Of a stretch of DNA of 64,000 nucleotides, positions 13,261 through 27,630 are shown piece after piece. Position 1 is the first letter of the stretch. Every line of letters starts with the position of its first letter. The position numbers and the translations under genes are program-made. This DNA is from Octopus vulgaris (Eukaryota). The stretch spans positions 52,824,001-52,888,000 of the forward strand of contig OX597815.1 of the NCBI GenBank assembly GCA_951406725.2, in the 5' to 3' direction. The notes under the pieces were generated by a model. That model did not search any database, was not told where the DNA came from, and saw only the letters and a program-made list of their open reading frames with translations.

Positions 13261-13266
13261 ATAAAT

Positions 13267-13346
<80 letters not shown>

Positions 13347-13645
13347 TAGTCTGTGTTATTACAACTGTCTGATGAACGGTTATGTGAAGCTATGGGTAAG
13401 CAGTTTGTGAATGTATGTATGTGCGTGTGTGTGTATGTGTGTGTGTGTGTGTGTGTTTGTGTGTGTGTATGTTTTGCTATTAATGTACTTATAAGCTCTG
13501 TATGTAATCTTATTTGTCCAGAACGACAAAATTCATTACAATCCACTATATGCCTCCTGGAAATTAATTCGTGTTAATAATTCGCGATCCAACATTGCAG
13601 GTGCAGAAACTGCAATATCCGTATAGTACAATCTTTTTTTCTTGC

Positions 13646-13848
<203 letters not shown>

Positions 13849-14449
13849 AGAATACCGGGGACTTTTAACATGTGAGAACGATAACATATTGCTCCGAAAT
13901 CTAATCAAATGCATTGGGAATAAAAATAACATATGTAAACTAAAATAATGTGACAAAATGTTGGACCATAACCAAGTAATACTCATTAAAATATATTGCT
14001 ATTACCTACATTAAATGGTGTATTATAAATGATTACATTCTCCAACATTCACGCAACACATATAAACACGATCGCCAAATTAGGTTTTATATCAAATACA
14101 TGCTGCCTTCGTCCTCCACTGTCATACACACAAAATAAATGAAGAAAAATTTTAATAGTATCCGTTATTCAGACCACGAATAACAAACAGGAAATACATT
14201 CTTTAAACTTATTACAAAAAATGTATGAAAATTACACGTGCAAAACTCTTTAACACCAAAAACCATGGGACCGGTAACCTAAGAAAATGATGACAATCTA
14301 TATAAAGGGCCGAACGCTATTCCTCTTGTATTGCAAATAAAATAAAAATCATGAAATAAAAATCAATATGTTCCTATCCTACACTGTTTTTCAACAGTAC
14401 TGAACCCCCAAAACGAAAATACAACCGTATTGTACCACCAAAGCGAAAA

Positions 14450-17133
14450 TACAACCTAGATTTGGATTTATCGGTGAATCCTAACAAACTAGCCAACAGA
14501 TAAACGATAAAGATATGAGAAATGGAAATAGAGTATTGAAAAGAAAAAAAAAATACATCATGAAAACGCAAATAGTGCCCATGGAATACTTAGAAATAAG
14601 TTCTGAAAATGTAAAACATGAAGATAGACTTAACGCGTGCAGCAAAAATGAAGTGAATAGTGAAACTCAACAACCTCAAGCTCTAGGAATCCATAGTGAT
14701 GATCAAAATACATCTAACCAGAGCAACACAAACTTAAAAACTGGAAGCAATGAATTTGAAAGCGATGATTATGAGACTTTAAAAGCGAACATAATCAAGG
14801 AATAAAAAAAAAAACTCGAAAAACTCAGTGTGGTCCACCAACTGCACTGCTCAAAAATTAAACTTAATAATAAGACAGTAACAACAATAAAATACCCATA
14901 AATTTGGCTGTCATAGACTTAATTGCAATAAAAGGAAATATCAATATGACCAGGCTATATAGAATAATAAATGCAGCAGCCTCTGTGCCCCCAAAGAAAA
15001 GTGTATATTCCCTCAAACACATCTAAACAGAAGCATTAAAACCTAAAGAAATTGTATGGAAAATTAATAACCAGGAAAAGTTTGAAAATAAAAGGAAAAA
15101 CTCTCAATCCTTATTGAAATTAGTAACCAAACAACAGTAATAAACAAGAAATAAAGAAATTACACAAAAATGTATACCAAAACAAGATGAACCTAACACA
15201 AAAGAACATCTAAAGCAAGATATCCTCATAAAAGCACAAAGAATGAGTTGGCATGAAAAATGCCAATGATTCTTTTAACAAAATAAGCAGTTTAACTCCA
15301 GTCCCCTAAAATTCTACCAAGATTTCTACAAAAATAGATTAGAGATCAATGCAACACCAGCAGCAAGACATGGGGAAGGATTTTGGAAAGAAGTTTGGGC
15401 GGCGTAGAAACTACCCCAGAAAGAATAAATTAAAACAACAGACAGTAACAGTACCTGAACAACTCTGGACACTCATAACTATGGAAGAGATAACCCAGGT
15501 ACTGCAAATTTAAACAACTGGAAAGCACCCGAGTATGGCAGGATTTCCAATTTCCGGTTAAAATATTTATTAGAGACATACAAAACACTGACAAGGAAAT
15601 TCAATGAGATGCTAACGGAATCAGAGACAACCCCAGAAGGCTCACAGAAGGGAAAAATCCATTCTAATTTCCGAATCTACTGAAACAATAAACCCATAAA
15701 GCTACAGACCCATAAGTTATCTCCCTAAAACCTACAAAGTCTTAACTGCAATGATATCGCAGAGCAGGGGCAGACATTTTGAAAAAAAAACCCAACCTGT
15801 TTCCAGAAGAGCAGAATGCATACCTCAAAGGTTCATAGGGTTGTACAGACCTGTTATTGATCAACAAAGTCATAATTGAAGACTGCTGAAAGGTAAAAAC
15901 AAAAGAGTCTAAGCTGGGCTTAGATCGATTATTGGAAGACTTTTGACCGTATTTCAGACAAATGGGCCCTGAAAACACTAGCCATGAACAGGGCAGCGCT
16001 AACAATAATATTATATGTAAAACATGCCATGAATAAGTGGCAAACAGTTCTGAAGCTACAGATGAAAGGGGGAATAATAAAAACTAAATCCATCCCCATT
16101 AGAAAAGGAATATTCTTAGGAAACTCAATCTCTCTACTTCTTTTCTGTCTAGCACTCACGCCTTTAACCGACATCCTAAATAGAACTAGATCTGGATACA
16201 ACTGCTATGGTGAATCAATCAACAATTTCTTTTATATGGATGATCTCATGCGGTACGCTGCAAACGATATAAAAATAAGATAATAGGTATTAATACCTAG
16301 CTGTCCCAGTTATAAGTTGTAGTTACAATATTCTTAACTGGACACTAAATGAACTAGTCAAACTAGACTGGAAAATAAGAAAAATAGTGACGGAATTTAG
16401 AATATAACTCCCAAAATCTGACAAAGAAAGGTTATATACCCAACCAACTGAAGGTGGTAGAGGCCTTAAACAATTAGAAAATTGCTATAAAATATCTACA
16501 GAAATATCCAATTCAGAGCCAAGAAAAACTGGTATACAAGTAGCCTCAAACAACGAACAAAATAAAAACTACTTTTAGTCTTCAAGGAAGCTGAAAAATC
16601 ACAAGAAAGAAGTCATAATACCTGACTACTATGTAGAAAAAGGAGAATCAACAAAAGTTGTAAAGCAACTAATATCTAAGCTAAAATTGGAACTATAAAA
16701 TACTGTGATAAGACTATGGTAAGAAAAGCTCTTACAAGGCAAATACTGCGATAAGCCAAACAGCAAAGAAATAAACAAAGTAAAATCCTAGCAATGGTTG
16801 AGGAGCTCAGGACTGAATGCAGAGACTGAAGGATTTTTAATCAAAGATCAAAGCCTCCGCACCAGAAATCAGCAAAACACATGAAGAAAAATATGTGTAA
16901 CTCCAGTATGTGGTGATGGGAAAGAAGCAACAAATCATGTAGTCTCTGGCTGCTCAGTCCTGGCTAAGAAAGAATATATCAACAGACGTGACAGCGTTGG
17001 TGCCTGTATAAACTGGAGGCTGTGCCAGCACTATGGAATAACCGCAGAGAAAATTGTATAAGCATATCCTAGAAAAGATCTCAGGAAATGACAAAACAGC
17101 CATAGTCTGGGGTTTTTCAATACGCAGAGAGAA

Positions 17134-17184
<51 letters not shown>

Positions 17185-17510
17185 AAGAGAGAGAGAAAGA
17201 AAGAAAGGGATTACCAAGAAGAAAATGCCTTCTAATCGACATATCAGTCCGAAGCAGAAACTCTCGAAATACAAAAAATCAGGACATAGAGATATGCCGA
17301 ATGTGGAGCCTGAAAGCAGAAACACTCCCTATAACAATAGGAGCATTAAGCATGGTTAAAAACATAAAGACAAATACGTAACGAAGACACAAGGGCTTAT
17401 GAATATATATATAACATACAGAAAATAGCACTGATAGGCACTGCACATATTCTACGTAAAGCACTTTCAGTACAGTGAAAATAACATTAAAACAACGCAC
17501 AGCACATACC
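14450..17510 (+). mobile_element. Degenerate R4/Dong-clade non-LTR retrotransposon (RT + RLE)
   Basis: Remnants NWKAP, YRPI..L...YK.LT, KGIFLGNSIS.LLFCLALTPL, FYMDDL, ERLY...EGGRGL, GL.AETEGFL, H.VSGCSVLAKKEY, KLSKY, IQKIAL.GTAHILRKAL. Many stops; (GA)n at ~17125-17205. 5' boundary approximate. Confidence 0.88.
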
Positions 17511-17559
17511 CTATCCAATCTGAACTTCTACATAACTGACTAGAAGTCAATTGAAAAAC

Positions 17560-19620
17560 AAATACTCCATTAAAATTGACTTAAAGTATCTCTATGCAAG
17601 ACATTGATATGAGATTTAAGCAAAAAATCCCTTTTCAAAAAGGTGCTCTTAGAGATCGAAAGTAAACCCACTCATCTATGAAAAAGAAAAGGAAGAAAGA
17701 GAAAGCAGGGGTGGAAAATATAAAAATAGATCCTAAAGCCTTTAACAAAGTTGCGAAAGAATTTGCCTCTCTGCACTACAAAATAGGGCCACTGTTTAAA
17801 GAAGACGGCTCACTAAGTGCAGACTCCAGATGGATAAGTGAAGTGTTAAATAATTCCAAAGTGTCTTCAACTGTTCACTGGGAAATATGCAAATAAGTAG
17901 ATCTACATGGGAAAGAGTCAAACAGATCTACATGGGAAATAGGCAAACAGATCTACATGGGAAAGAGGCAACAGATCTACATGGGAAAGAGTCAAAAAGA
18001 TCTACATGAGAAAGAGGCAAACATCGATTACAACGACATAAAGAAGGATGTAATATAGGCCATTGATGAGATAAGCAATAACTTAGCAACCGGCTCAATG
18101 GATTTCCGGCTGTTCTTTTAAAAACATGCAGCAAGGCTACGCAAAACCACTGCGGATAATTTTTCAGTTTCCTTGCATGTGGTAAACTTCTCAAAACGTT
18201 AAAAGAGGGCATTATATACTTTGTTCATAAACGAGGAAGCAGAGCAGATGCTAAAAATTACAAGTCTATCTTTCTGACCTCACATGTTAGCAAGAGTATG
18301 GAACGGATTCTCAGAAAGAGTCTGATTGCGTTCCTAGTAGAGAATAACTTGCTCATGAACACGCAACATGGCTTCCGTCCAGGACGAGCTGCCTCACGCA
18401 GCTACTAAAATATTATAACTGGATACTGAAGCAATAGCTCAACCACTCAAATGTGGTAGTGATGTATCTTGACTTTACCAAGGCCTTTGATGTGGATGTG
18501 TCACATACTGTGTGACCTTAGTATCACTGGAAAATTAGGAGAGCGGTTGCATGACATTTTAAAAGGCAATAGTCAGAGAGTTTCAGCCAATAGTGCTTTC
18601 TCTGGAGAAACATTAATTCTCAATGGCTGAAAAGTCTCTCTATGTTTATGGTTACTCTCTCAGACATGCTCTCAGCCATACAGTACACTACTTTTACTAG
18701 TTATGTTGATCATAGATTACGGGCAACCAAGGACCCAATGACAACCTAAACGTGCAGAAAAACCTGAATGCAATATACAGGTGAAAACAACAATACTGAT
18801 GAAAATAACATGCAGTTCAATACCGAGAAGTTTCAAGCATTCGAATATCGTCCCGCAAACAGACTACAAATGACGGAGTCGGTGCTTAACCAGGAAATCC
18901 ACAAGAGTAATGATGCAACATTTTATGTGCATATTCAAGCATGGCAACACTGTGCAAGCGAGTAGCTGGATGGATTCTGAGATCATTCAGAGCTAGGAAA
19001 AGGATATCATGCTACTCCTATGGAGAACCTTCGTTTTTAGTCGTCAGGATAACTGCTTCCGACTACGGTTACCGCAAAGCGTCAAACTGAAGGCGGAACT
19101 CGAGGCAATCCAACATCACTACACTAAGAAAACTGAGCTGGTGCAACAGATGAGCTGCTAGGAGAGACTAAAAGAACTGAAGCTCTCTCTAATCCCTGGA
19201 GAGAATTTGTGAAAGATACACATTTATATACATAGGGATGATACTGCAAAATCTAGCTCCCAACTTTGAAATTGAAAGCTATACCAACTACCGAATTGGA
19301 CAGTACGGCATAGTACCAAAGCTTCTGTCTTCTTTATCGAGAATAAGGACCTAGTATTATAACAGCTTGGCTTTCAAGGGTCCACACTAGTCAACTGTCT
19401 ACCAAACAACCTCAAAGATTTGTGAGGTCTTCAAAGAACGTCTGAACAAATTTTTATCTGAGATACTAGATGTACCCAGATCGCGACAGGAAGCACAATG
19501 AAGAGCAGCCCCGTCCAACATGCTACTTCGACAGAAACAATACAGAAAAGAAACCCAATCACATTGAAAGGCGATGCCCCAGCATGGTTTCAGCACTAGC
19601 TGAGTTCAATAAAACATAAA
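17560..19620 (+). mobile_element. Degenerate CR1-group (APE-type) LINE, RT region to 3' end
   Basis: IKIDPKAF, IGPL, KNY.SI.LTSHV.K.MER, NTQHGFR.GR, YLDFTKAFD, NNMQFNTEKFQ; tail GGCGATGCCCCAGCATGG..CTGAG..AATAAAA. Homologous to 62580-63560. Confidence 0.85.
17899..18030 (+). repeat. ~25 bp tandem repeat x5 inside the LINE
   Basis: AGATCTACATGGGAAAGAG(T/G)CAAAC units. Confidence 0.9.
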
Positions 19621-19730
19621 CTAATTATTCTCAACACTTTTAGATAGGCTCAGATGCAAAATATGCTGGTCGTTGCTTGTCTTTGGAGAGTAACTTCCTT
19701 TTCCATCGATACTGTGTTCAATGCAATCAG

Positions 19731-20118
19731 CTCATTGGCCCACGGCATTCTGGGACACCAGGGTCTTGTCGACTAGAAGCAGCCGGAACTGAGCCTAAAC
19801 AAAGCCGCTGGCTTTGTTTACACATTCAGAGAACAAATTGTTTGCTGATTGGTTCTTATATCAGCCAACCGATAGAAAATCGTTATTTAGACCGTGTACA
19901 ACAGGATATGGAACGAATGTTTCCATATTATTCTTAATCTAGGTAGGTTTAGACGCAAGATGTACTGGTGACTGATGTGTACGTCATAGGCGAATAACTT
20001 CAACGCACTCGGATCATTGGTGCACAGCATTCTGGGACAACAGTGCTTCGACATGTTGTGCCTTGTCTCTCAGAGGCAACCGGAACTCTGAGTCTAACTA
20101 AAGCCGCTGGCAGTGTTT
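19731..20118. promoter_or_regulatory. Duplicated promoter-like module (CCAAT, ZNF143/Staf-like and ETS-like motifs)
   Basis: TCATTGG..CAC.GCATTCTGGGAC..CCGGAACT..AAAGCCGCTGGC..TGTTT occurs at 19731-19819 and 20014-20118, with CTGATTGG and TACGTCA between them. Confidence 0.35.
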
Positions 20119-20614
20119 CTATATGGTGCCATAGACATACTTATAGACAGACTGACAATGCTAGGCAAATATGCATTTAACAGCCTTAGAAATAGTTACT
20201 GATTCACAGGCGGATAGAATAGAAGAATATCCTTGCTGTATTTGGAAAACTCTATTGGTAATACTGAATACAGCTGTGGTTGTGATTATTGTTTTATTGA
20301 TAGTTTATTTATTTTGTTTTTCACAAAGGACAAATAAACTTCCTTCAGCGTTGTTCTCTAGACGAAATGTCTGTGCACTTAGCAACTAAATGATATTCTC
20401 ATATGTATAACTACATGTGCATACGGGAGCGTACAACTGTCATTTACCCGATAACATGTGTATGTGTATGTAACCCTTCCACTTGTCAATCTCCCTGCGG
20501 CTTCTTCTTTTCTCTCTCTTTTCTTATTTGTCATCTTGCTTATTTTCCCCTTTTTTCATAAATTCTCTCCTTTATCTGTTTACCTCTAGTATTCTTTTTC
20601 CGTTGTACTCTATT

Positions 20615-20646
<32 letters not shown>

Positions 20647-20994
20647 TTTGCCTCTCTTCTTTTTCTTCTTTCTTCCCTTTAAAAGCTGATATGTGAACAT
20701 GATTCTAATCAGGTTCAAATGTGTGTCTGTATTTCTGTTCGTGTCTGTGTGTGCACTTGAAAATCTTTCTCTTCCCTTTAACTGGCCGGCTTCATGGTTC
20801 ACTCAGCTTTCGGCTGGACGTTATAATTGTGGATGTATATCAACTATTCTGTTTCCTCTTCTCTGACGAACCGACTACACATTGAAGAAATACCAACCAC
20901 TCCTGGTTCAATATAAAAATAAACTACTGCACTTTACAATTGCACTGGACATTCATACTGTTCTTTAAAAATAACAAATATATAGCTCAAAGTT

Positions 20995-22147
20995 CTGTGC
21001 GCCGTATTCATTGACCTGAACTAGGCGTTTGACAAGGTCAACCAGGAAGTCTTGTGGAATATCCTCAGCAAGCTGGTTTGCCCACAAAAATTCACAACCC
21101 TGGTCAGGCTCTTCCACAACAACATGAAGGGACAAGTCCTTTCCAATGGGGACTATACGGACCCCTTTCATATCTCCACTGGAGGTGAACAGGAATGTGT
21201 CCTCGCCCCAGTGCTCTTCAGTTTGTTCATCACGCAGGCCCTCCTCCGTGCTGCGAAGAACCTCGACCTGAGCGTGTACATCAAATACCGAAGGGATGGC
21301 TCCGTATTCGACCTCCACCTGCTCCAGGCAGTCCTAAGCCAACCATCACCATCGATGGGGTCAAAAGCTCCAGGTACCTAGGCAGCACCATCTCTACAGA
21401 CAGTTCGCTGGATAAAGAGATCATATCCAGGAGCCAGAAAGCCAGCCAAGCACTCGGTAGACTAAGAGTTGAAGTACTACAGCAGAAAGGCGTGCGGCTA
21501 TGCACGAATTATACAACGCTGTTGTTCTCTCCACAGAGATTGTGAAACGTGGAGTCTATACCGCCGGTACATCAAGCAGTTGGAACAGTTCCACACAAGA
21601 TCTCTGCTCACAATTATGGGCAACCACTGACAGGACAGAGTATCCAACCAGAAGTTCTAGGCAGAGGAGAGCCCACGAGCGTCATGGCAATTCTGCTCAA
21701 AGTTCAGTTACGCTTGACTGGCCACGTCATCAGAATGGACGACCACCGCATCCCCAGACAACTGGTGTACGGTGAGCTGAAGGAAGGCACAAGGCAACAA
21801 AGAAGACCTAAATTGAGGTACAAGGACACCCTAAGGGGTACCCTAAAGTGGTATGGCATCCATCCTCGCAAACTCGAGATGGCAGCCTCAAGGCTACCAG
21901 GAGGTCAACCATCTGCACTGGTGTAGCTGCCTTTAAGGGGGATACATGGCAACGCCTCGCAGCTGCAACAGACAGACACCACCGGGGCGCATAATCATCA
22001 GTCCCGACCACAGATTACCAGTGTCCAACCTGCAGGTGTTTATTTGCTTCCGGCTTTGGGCTGCGGAGCCACATGCGTCCCCACTGTTGACTGTTGAGAC
22101 TACAGACTACGTCTTCCTCGAAGATCGATGGCCTATCAATAAGAAGG
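20995..22147 (+). mobile_element. 5'-truncated RTE (BovB-like) LINE with internal deletion
   Basis: LWNILSKLVCPQKF..LVRLFH, Q.CVLAPVLF.LF, YLGSTIS..SLDKEI..R.QKASQALGRL, QLRL.GHVIRMDDHRIPRQL.YGEL..G.R...RPKLRYKD. The YADD region is missing near 21320. Confidence 0.9.
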
Positions 22148-22424
22148 CATGTATGTATGTATGTATGTATGTATGTATGTATGTATGTATGCATGTGGGC
22201 ATTTATATATGCATGAGTGTATATACTTTTCTCAGGAGACACTGTACATGATTTCTCATCGTGACTCTTGTAAGAAATTTTCATGCGAATTGTGCTAATA
22301 AATATTTTCACTCTTTTAAAATGTTTTCTAGCTTCATAAACACCCCAACTCTCCCAAACCCTTATTATTTGCATGATTTCGGCAATAGTGGACAGATTTG
22401 ATACACGCAACAAATAAACAAATA

Positions 22425-22477
22425 TAACAACAACAACAACAACAACAACAACAATAATAATAATAATAATAATAATA

Positions 22478-22520
<43 letters not shown>

Positions 22521-22543
22521 TAATAATAATAATAATAATAATA

Positions 22544-22620
<77 letters not shown>
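22425..22620. repeat. (AAC)n/(AAT)n microsatellite
   Basis: Directly visible. Confidence 0.95.
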
Positions 22621-22622
<2 letters not shown>

Positions 22623-24108
22623 TGACGATGAAAATAATGATAGTGATAATATATTGACGATGATGGTAACTACAACCACAACAGCAACAACAGTTTTATT
22701 AAATTTAATGTTGTGTATGAATACTTGAAGGTACACTTTAATTCAAACAATAGCAACAACTGCCACAATAAAAATATGTATCACATCAATGGATGGGGAA
22801 GAAACTAATCTGGCTTGGCAAAACGTTTTTAAAACGACTCTAAAATTATGGTAAGGCATGGAGTAGAACCAGAAACACTGACAGAGAAAGTAAAATCATA
22901 TCATAAGGTTTGAATTTATGGCAATTCCTATTTTAATCGTTCAACACATATCGTTGACATTAGCTGAGCCAATAAAAATAAGATGTTCATTTAATTTTCT
23001 CTTAAATCCTTCTTATCCGGCTTCAGCTTGCGTTTAGTTTTTGTGTGATTTTTTTCCCTTTATTTTTCTAAATTCTGTTTCAACAACTCAACAATATGAC
23101 ATCTATGCTGTTATTTCCCACTGAAATTAGTTTCTTAGAGCCATTTTAATTGATGCTGCCAGCTTAATTCTTTTAATTTTTGCTTGTGTCGTGTTACATT
23201 TTCACCGCTTTCTTCAATTCCCTCAAGGCATATTAATTTTGAATCTGAATCCATTGCTGTGCTTCTTCACCCACCTCTACACACATCTACACACTTATTC
23301 ACCAACATCTACACACACATGCACAAACATACAAGTGCATACTCACACTCACTTCCTTCTTCCTCTTTCTTTTTTTAAAAAAAAGTAGGCTTCACAATAT
23401 AATCATGTCATCAAGATTATGTTGTACAGCGTCAGATTCTGCAGAACAACAGCAATGAAAGGAAACAGAAATTTGAGCTATAAAATATAAACAGAAAATT
23501 ACAAAAAAATTTTAAAAAATAAACGGATAAATTGATGAATAACCTCCAAAATTTGAAACGATAGATACAAGAAAGTAAAAACTATATAAATAAAAAACAT
23601 CGTCAACTGGAGATGTCCGACTGTGTAGGATATATGGCTGCTGCTTTGTAACCTGATACTGTTCTTGTAGGCTTTTCACCGACGTTTTTCACCCTCCATA
23701 TTGTTTTGCATTTTGTATTTATTTTACATTTTCTTTTCCCTTGTAATCAAAGTCCTTATATTCTATATTGTTAAACTTGCAGAAAATAGAAACACTGAGT
23801 CCACGAACAAAGGTTATCAAATAGAAACTATATTTGAAAGCAACTTTCAATGAAACATTTATTCATTCAGTGAAGAGCATGTGTATTACAGGGAATATAT
23901 ATATATTGAAGCATAATTTATCGAAATGCGACGAAGTTTGAAGGACTGTATGTATGTATGTATGTATGTATGTATGCATGTATGTATGTATGTATGTATG
24001 TATGTATGTATGTATGTATGTATGTCTACACGCTTGTATGTATGAATGCGTATGTGTATATGTATATATATATATATGTGTGTGTGTTTTCTGTGATTAG
24101 GGTGTACG

Positions 24109-24156
<48 letters not shown>

Positions 24157-24261
24157 CATACATACATACATACATATGTATATATATATATATATAGGTA
24201 GGTAGATAGATAGATACATATACATACACACACACATATATATATATATAGATATATACAT

Positions 24262-24314
<53 letters not shown>

Positions 24315-24394
24315 CTTACTTGGAAATGAATGCGTGGCGTTCAATCATATAAAAGTATAGTTAATATATATACATATATATGTGTGTGTGTGTC

Positions 24395-24807
24395 TTTCAC
24401 CTTTTATCTATTATTTGTTTCAATCATTAGACTGCGGCCATGCTGGGGCACCGCCTTGAAAAACTTTTAGCCAAATGAATCAACCCCATTACTTATTTTT
24501 CTAAGCCTAGTACTTATTCTATCGGTGTCCACTCCCGAACCGCTAAGTTACGGGGACGTAAACACACCAACACCGGTTGGCAAGCGGTGGTGAGGACAAT
24601 CACAGATAAAACACACACACACTCACGGAAATTAATTTATACATACGACGGGCTTCTTTAAGTTTCCGTCTACCAAGTTCACTCACATGGCTTTGGTCGG
24701 CTCGAGGTTATAGCGGAAGACACTTGCCGAAGTTGCTTCTCAGTGGGACTGAACGTGGAACCATGTATTTGGGAAGCAAGCTTCTTACCACACAGCCACG
24801 CCTGCGC
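24395..24807 (-). mobile_element. Full-length tRNA-derived CORE-like SINE (family B)
   Basis: Head GCGCAGGCGTGGCTGTGTGGTAAG..GTTCAGTCCC, CORE-like GGCAAGTGTCTT, tail GGCGGTGCCCCAGCATGGCCGCAGTC..TGAAACAA. Confidence 0.88.
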
Positions 24808-24859
24808 ATACACACTATATTTATATAGACAAACATGTATATAAATGCATATGAATACA

Positions 24860-24900
<41 letters not shown>

Positions 24901-25109
24901 CGAGAGCCTGTCTGTTGTCTGTTTATCCCACAATCTGAAACTAAAACCAGTCACTATCTCTCTATGATTTTCTTTTTATGTCTCCTCTATTCTCTCTCCC
25001 TCTCTATATTCTCTGTCTGTCTGTCTGTCTGTTTCTCTGCCATGCTACTTCAAAGAGATTCTGTCTCTTTGTTTCTCCCGCAAAGTGAAACTAAAACCAG
25101 CTTTCTTCT

Positions 25110-25218
25110 CTAACTGTCAATTTCCTTCTCTTTCTGTCACTCTATCTCTCTTTCTGTATCTCTATCTCTCTGTCAGTCTATTTCCCTCTGTCTATTTTCC
25201 CTCTCTTTCTTTCCTTTT

Positions 25219-25257
<39 letters not shown>

Positions 25258-25477
25258 CTTTCCCTATCTATCTTTCTCTTCCTTTCTCCTTTTCTTTCTC
25301 TATCTTTATCTCTCCCCTCCTTTCTCCCTCTTTCTCTTCCTTTCTCTCTTTTTTCTCTCTTTTCTATCTCTCCTTCTTTATCTTTTTGTGTCTTCCTTTC
25401 TCTCTCTTTCCGTCTTTCTCTCTTCATGTCTCTCTCCTTCCGTCGTTTATCGTTCTCTTTTCCTGTCTCTCTTGTCA

Positions 25478-25532
<55 letters not shown>

Positions 25533-25680
25533 TGTCTCCTTCTGTTGTCTCTTACTCTCTCTCTCTCTCTTCCAGTTTCTCTCTTCTTCTATCACTCACT
25601 CTCTTTCTGTCACTCTCGCTTTCTCTCTGTATTTCTATTTCTCTTTTTCTCTCTTTCTGTCCCTTTCTGTCATTGCCTCT
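25110..25680. repeat. Pyrimidine-rich (TTTC)n/(TC)n low-complexity tract
   Basis: Directly visible. Confidence 0.9.
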
Positions 25681-26480
25681 TATTATTATCACGTAATAAA
25701 CAAACAGAAATTAATGCATAAAAATGATCTTTTTTCTGTTTCAATTATTAAATGTTTTTCTCTTATAAAGAGATATCATTGCCAGTACTGGATAGATAAA
25801 TGAAATAACACATACAACTCACTTATTGGCATATCATAAACAAACACAAGTTCATGTATGATATTGATCTTTCATCTACTTCAATAATCAAGTGGTTTTC
25901 TCTTCTAAAAATACACACATACAGGAGGAGTAAATTATACATATAATAATACTTTCAATGTCGCTCCCGATAAACAGTAAAAATAATCACCCAGTTAACA
26001 ACGGGTTTTACTGGTAGTATATGTGTGTGCGTGCATGTGTGTGTGAGTGTATGTGTGCATCTGTGTACGTGAGTGTGTGTGTTAGTGTGTGTGCTTGTGT
26101 GTGTGTGTGGAGAGAGAGAGAGAAAATGTGTCAGGTAGAATGCTTTTCTGTATTTATTCCTGTTGTCTGTGTTTGAATTCCATTCAAGTTAATATTGCTT
26201 TTTATACTTTTGAGGGTGATAAACAAAGTACCAGTGCAGCAGTTCAATACAGGATGAGGCAGGTGGGGAGAGACTTCTCTATCTGTCTCCTCTTCTCAAC
26301 TTTTCTCTCCCACTTCTGTCTTTCTCACAATTTCAAAGACCTATCAATGTTATATTACGTGTCAAGCAGGTTTGATTTGAGATGAGAGTTAATAGCACAC
26401 CTATTATTGGAATATTCAAATTGATTTGACAAGTTAAAATTTTGTTGCTCAATGAAGGGCGCACACAAACACATACACAC

Positions 26481-26545
<65 letters not shown>

Positions 26546-26548
<3 letters not shown>

Positions 26549-27009
26549 GATGGGCTACAGCAAATATTCTGCTCAATACCACAGATTTGCTTGTCAGTTG
26601 TTTGACCTTAACCAGTTGAGCATGTCCCTTAGTGGCTGACGATATGTGCATCTCTGATCACGAGCAGAAGTAGTGGGGGAGCATCATAGCCATGTGTTGA
26701 GAGGGATTCTTTGGGGTTTGAATAGTTCACCTCTGGAAACATGGGTGGTTCTTTCAACATCCTTAAACAACCCTTATTCAGGGACCGTTTCAGCAGGATG
26801 GGCTACTCAAAATGAAGAAAATTCTAACTGGGCCCCACCTGCAAGGTCATGTGCTGTTTATCTTGATATGAGATCACCATGTCGCGCACATATGGTTGTG
26901 ATGCATGTGCCTGGTGTACCTTTATCAGACGGGTAGTCATGATGGGTATATTGCGCTTCGTATATTTTACCCCAGTGTCACTTTGATGGCATGAACTGCT
27001 CTCTCACTC

Positions 27010-27010
<1 letters not shown>
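26546..27010. mobile_element. ~465 bp non-coding interspersed element embedded in (AAT)n
   Basis: Higher-GC block sharply bounded by (AAT)n at ~26484-26545 and ~27010-27077. No credible ORF or TIR. Confidence 0.65.
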
Positions 27011-27078
<68 letters not shown>

Positions 27079-27121
27079 TTCTTAAGTAACCAGAAGATGG
27101 ATTTGGTGTTAATCTTTATTT

Positions 27122-27223
27122 TGTACAATGGTCGTTTCGATCCATCCTGCTCTGTCGCTTATGGATGGGACTCCGTTCAACATGTGTTGCATCTAGTTTG
27201 CCGTCTGGATCTCATCAGGTACA
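27122..27223 (-). ncRNA. Type I HHR motif, stem III possibly mutated
   Basis: Minus strand: TGTAC-CTGATGA-GATCCA..TGGATC-GAAA-CGACCA-TT^-GTACA, followed by AATAAA. Confidence 0.7.
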
Positions 27224-27489
27224 TCCATACATAAATCTGTGTCTCGCTAAAGATCCTGAGTTTTGACTGTCATGTTGTTATATGCCCGTCTGGTTCAGGA
27301 ATTGCTATTATCTTTCTATAATAAGAATTGAGATCACTTGTAAATATAGACAAATAACAGTTGATAAAAAAAGAAAAAAAACGATGTAGGGAACGTGAAC
27401 ATATGGACAGGGATGGATTGAGTTGGATTGGGTTTAAGACAAAGGATATATATGCAGGCTAGAATGTCTAGGAGCGAAAAGAAGATCAG

Positions 27490-27630
27490 TTAATTATGAT
27501 TTTATTCAACATATTTCGCTCTCAGATTCACACACTTATTGCAGTGGTCCTTCAGTTATTCTAACCCTTGTAAAAGAACTTGGAAGTTTTCGTGACCCTT
27601 TAAAGTCAGGAAATTTTCAGCACCCCTTCG
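27490..27630. mobile_element. Mariner-type MITE end fragment
   Basis: Ends TTTTCAGCACCCCTTCG, resembling the reverse complement of the mariner TIR at 41031. Confidence 0.45.

Noticed and set aside
17899-18030. CRISPR-like short repeats
   Set aside because: Head-to-tail tandem units without unique spacers, inside a eukaryotic LINE.
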